Both the position numbers and the translations under genes were made by a program. The notes below the pieces were generated by a model. The model had not been told where the DNA came from. It was given only the letters and a program-made list of their open reading frames with translations, and did not search any database. 64,000 nt of DNA, taken from positions 1-64,000 of the forward strand of contig JAUCBJ010004672.1 in assembly GCA_032718475.1 (NCBI GenBank). The letters are read 5' to 3'. Positions 61,044-64,000 of the stretch are shown piece by piece (the first letter of the stretch is position 1; each line of letters begins with the position of its first letter). Source of the stretch: Nemertoderma westbladi. Lineage: Eukaryota; Animalia; Xenacoelomorpha.

Positions 61044-64000
61044 GGTGTACGTTTGTTTGTAGGTGTTGAGTTAGGTTGTATGCTAATTCTGGTGTACGTT
61101 TGTTTGTAGGTGTTGGGTTAGGTTGTATGCTAATTCTGGTGTACGTTTGTTTGTAGGTGTTTGGTTAGGTTGTATGCTAATTCTGGTGTACGTTTGTTTG
61201 TAGGTGTTGGGTTAGGTTGTATGCTAATTCTGGTGTACGTTTGTTTGTAGGTGTTGGGTTAGGTTGTATGCTAATTCTGGTGTACGTTTGTTTGTAGGTG
61301 TTGGGTTAGGTTGTATGCTAATTCTGGTGTACGTTTGTTTGTAGGTGTTTGGTTAGGTTGTATGCTAATTCTGGTGTACGTTTGTTTGTAGGTGTTGGGT
61401 TAGGTTGTATGCTAATTCTGGTGTACGTTTGTTTGTAGGTGTTGGGTTAGGTTGTATGCTAATTCTGGTGTACGTTTGTTTGTAGGTGTTGGGTTAGGTT
61501 GTATGCTAATTCTGGTGTACGTTTGTTTGTAGGTGTTGGGTTAGGTTGTATGCTAATTCTGGTGTACGTTTGTTTGTAGGTGTTGGGTTAGGTTGTATGC
61601 TAATTCTGGTGTACGTTTGTTTGTAGGTGTTGGGTTAGGTTGTATGCTAATTCTGGTGTACGTTTGTTTGTAGGTGTTGGGTTAGGTTGTATGCTAATTC
61701 TGGTGTACGTTTGTTTGTAGGTGTTGGGTTAGGTTGTATGCTAATTCTGGTGTACGTTTGTTTGTAGGTGTTGGGTTAGGTTGTATGCTAATTCTGGTGT
61801 ACGTTTGTTTGTAGGTGTTGGGTTAGGTTGTATGCTAATTCTGGTGTACGTTTGTTTGTAGGTGTTGGGTTAGGTTGTATGCTAATTCTGGTGTACGTTT
61901 GTTTGTAGGTGTTGGGTTAGGTTGTATGCTAATTCTGGTGTACGTTTGTTTGTAGGTGTTGGGTTAGGTTGTATGCTAATTCTGGTGTACGTTTGTTTGT
62001 AGGTGTTGGGTTAGGTTGTATGCTAATTCTGGTGTACGTTTGTTTGTAGGTGTTGGGTTAGGTTGTATGCTAATTCTGGTGTACGTTTGTTTGTAGGTGT
62101 TGGGTTAGGTTGTATGCTAATTCTGGTGTACGTTTGTTTGTAGGTGTTGGGTTAGGTTGTATGCTAATTCTGGTGTACGTTTGTTTGTAGGTGTTGGGTT
62201 AGGTTGTATGCTAATTCTGGTGTACGTTTGTTTGTAGGTGTTGGGTTAGGTTGTATGCTAATTCTGGTGTACGTTTGTTTGTAGGTGTTGGGTTAGGTTG
62301 TATGCTAATTCTGGTGTACGTTTGTTTGTAGGTGTTGGGTTAGGTTGTATGCTAATTCTGGTGTACGTTTGTTTGTAGGTGTTGGGTTAGGTTGTATGCT
62401 AATTCTGGTGTACGTTTGTTTGTAGGTGTTGGGTTAGGTTGTATGCTAATTCTGGTGTACGTTTGTTTGTAGGTGTTGGGTTAGGTTGTATGCTAATTCT
62501 GGTGTACGTTTGTTTGTAGGTGTTGGGTTAGGTTGTATGCTAATTCTGGTGTACGTTTGTTTGTAGGTGTTGGGTTAGGTTGTATGCTAATTCTGGTGTA
62601 CGTTTGTTTGTAGGTGTTGGGTTAGGTTGTATGCTAATTCTGGTGTACGTTTGTTTGTAGGTGTTGGGTTAGGTTGTATGCTAATTCTGGTGTACGTTTG
62701 TTTGTAGGTGTTGGGTTAGGTTGTATGCTAATTCTGGTGTACGTTTGTTTGTAGGTGTTGGGTTAGGTTGTATGCTAATTCTGGTGTACGTTTGTTTGTA
62801 GGTGTTGGGTTAGGTTGTATGCTAATTCTGGTGTACGTTTGTTTGTAGGTGTTGGGTTAGGTTGTATGCTAATTCTGGTGTACGTTTGTTTGTAGGTGTT
62901 GGGTTAGGTTGTATGCTAATTCTGGTGTACGTTTGTTTGTAGGTGTTGGGTTAGGTTGTATGCTAATTCTGGTGTACGTTTGTTTGTAGGTGTTGGGTTA
63001 GGTTGTATGCTAATTCTGGTGTACGTTTGTTTGTAGGTGTTGGGTTAGGTTGTATGCTAATTCTGGTGTACGTTTGTTTGTAGGTGTTGGGTTAGGTTGT
63101 ATGCTAATTCTGGTGTACGTTTGTTTGTAGGTGTTGGGTTAGGTTGTATGCTAATTCTGGTGTACGTTTGTTTGTAGGTGTTGGGTTAGGTTGTATGCTA
63201 ATTCTGGTGTACGTTTGTTTGTAGGTGTTGGGTTAGGTTGTATGCTAATTCTGGTGTACGTTTGTTTGTAGGTGTTGGGTTAGGTTGTATGCTAATTCTG
63301 GTGTACGTTTGTTTGTAGGTGTTGGGTTAGGTTGTATGCTAATTCTGGTGTACGTTTGTTTGTAGGTGTTGGGTTAGGTTGTATGCTAATTCTGGTGTAC
63401 GTTTGTTTGTAGGTGTTGGGTTAGGTTGTATGCTAATTCTGGTGTACGTTTGTTTGTAGGTGTTGGGTTAGGTTGTATGCTAATTCTGGTGTACGTTTGT
63501 TTGTAGGTGTTGGGTTAGGTTGTATGCTAATTCTGGTGTACGTTTGTTTGTAGGTGTTGGGTTAGGTTGTATGCTAATTCTGGTGTACGTTTGTTTGTAG
63601 GTGTTGGGTTAGGTTGTATGCTAATTCTGGTGTACGTTTGTTTGTAGGTGTTGGGTTAGGTTGTATGCTAATTCTGGTGTACGTTTGTTTGTAGGTGTTG
63701 GGTTAGGTTGTATGCTAATTCTGGTGTACGTTTGTTTGTAGGTGTTGGGTTAGGTTGTATGCTAATTCTGGTGTACGTTTGTTTGTAGGTGTTGGGTTAG
63801 GTTGTATGCTAATTCTGGTGTACGTTTGTTTGTAGGTGTTGGGTTAGGTTGTATGCTAATTCTGGTGTACGTTTGTTTGTAGGTGTTGGGTTAGGTTGTA
63901 TGCTAATTCTGGTGTACGTTTGTTTGTAGGTGTTGGGTTAGGTTGTATGCTAATTCTGGTGTACGTTTGTTTGTAGGTGTTGGGTTAGGTTGTATGCTAA
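61044..64000. repeat. 47-bp GT-rich satellite, at least 62 copies, runs off the window
   Basis: Unit GGTGTACGTTTGTTTGTAGGTGTTGGGTTAGGTTGTATGCTAATTCT, essentially invariant after about 61340. Confidence 0.98.

Noticed and set aside
61044-64000. Telomere
   Set aside because: Only one TTAGG per 47-bp unit, not tandem TTAGGG or TTAGG, and the hnRNP L gene still needs downstream exons.

Overview
This is a eukaryotic, almost certainly invertebrate animal, genomic window; roughly half is tandem satellite and much of the rest is transposon debris. The main gene is a + strand hnRNP L (HNRNPL/LL family) gene. I reconstructed nine coding exons (18588-58205) with GT-AG ends and consistent phases, covering the N-terminal KRMK motif, RRM1, RRM2, the linker and RRM3; RRM4 lies beyond the window. 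Its introns are inflated by a pogo-like transposon relic, a MITE, a 3-kb foldback element with 4-bp TSD, tRNA-derived SINEs and satellites of 59, 15, 68, 63, 40/87 and 47 bp. Two intronless paralogous genes for Cys-rich single-pass membrane proteins sit on the same strand inside intron 6. Upstream are a minus-strand LTR with a PBS-like site, a 7.6-kb 78-bp satellite, a disrupted RTE-X-like LINE and a hAT remnant. Best leads: (1) a candidate 70-nt poison exon (29281-29350) in the intron positionally equivalent to human HNRNPL intron 6; (2) the nested receptor-like gene pair; (3) intronic satellites whose monomers carry splice-signal mimics; (4) a 1.4-kb-arm hairpin between exon 5 and the candidate poison exon; (5) a satellite growing out of a SINE. 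All calls were made by eye, without database searches. Most long ORFs in the supplied track are artefacts of stop-free repeat units.
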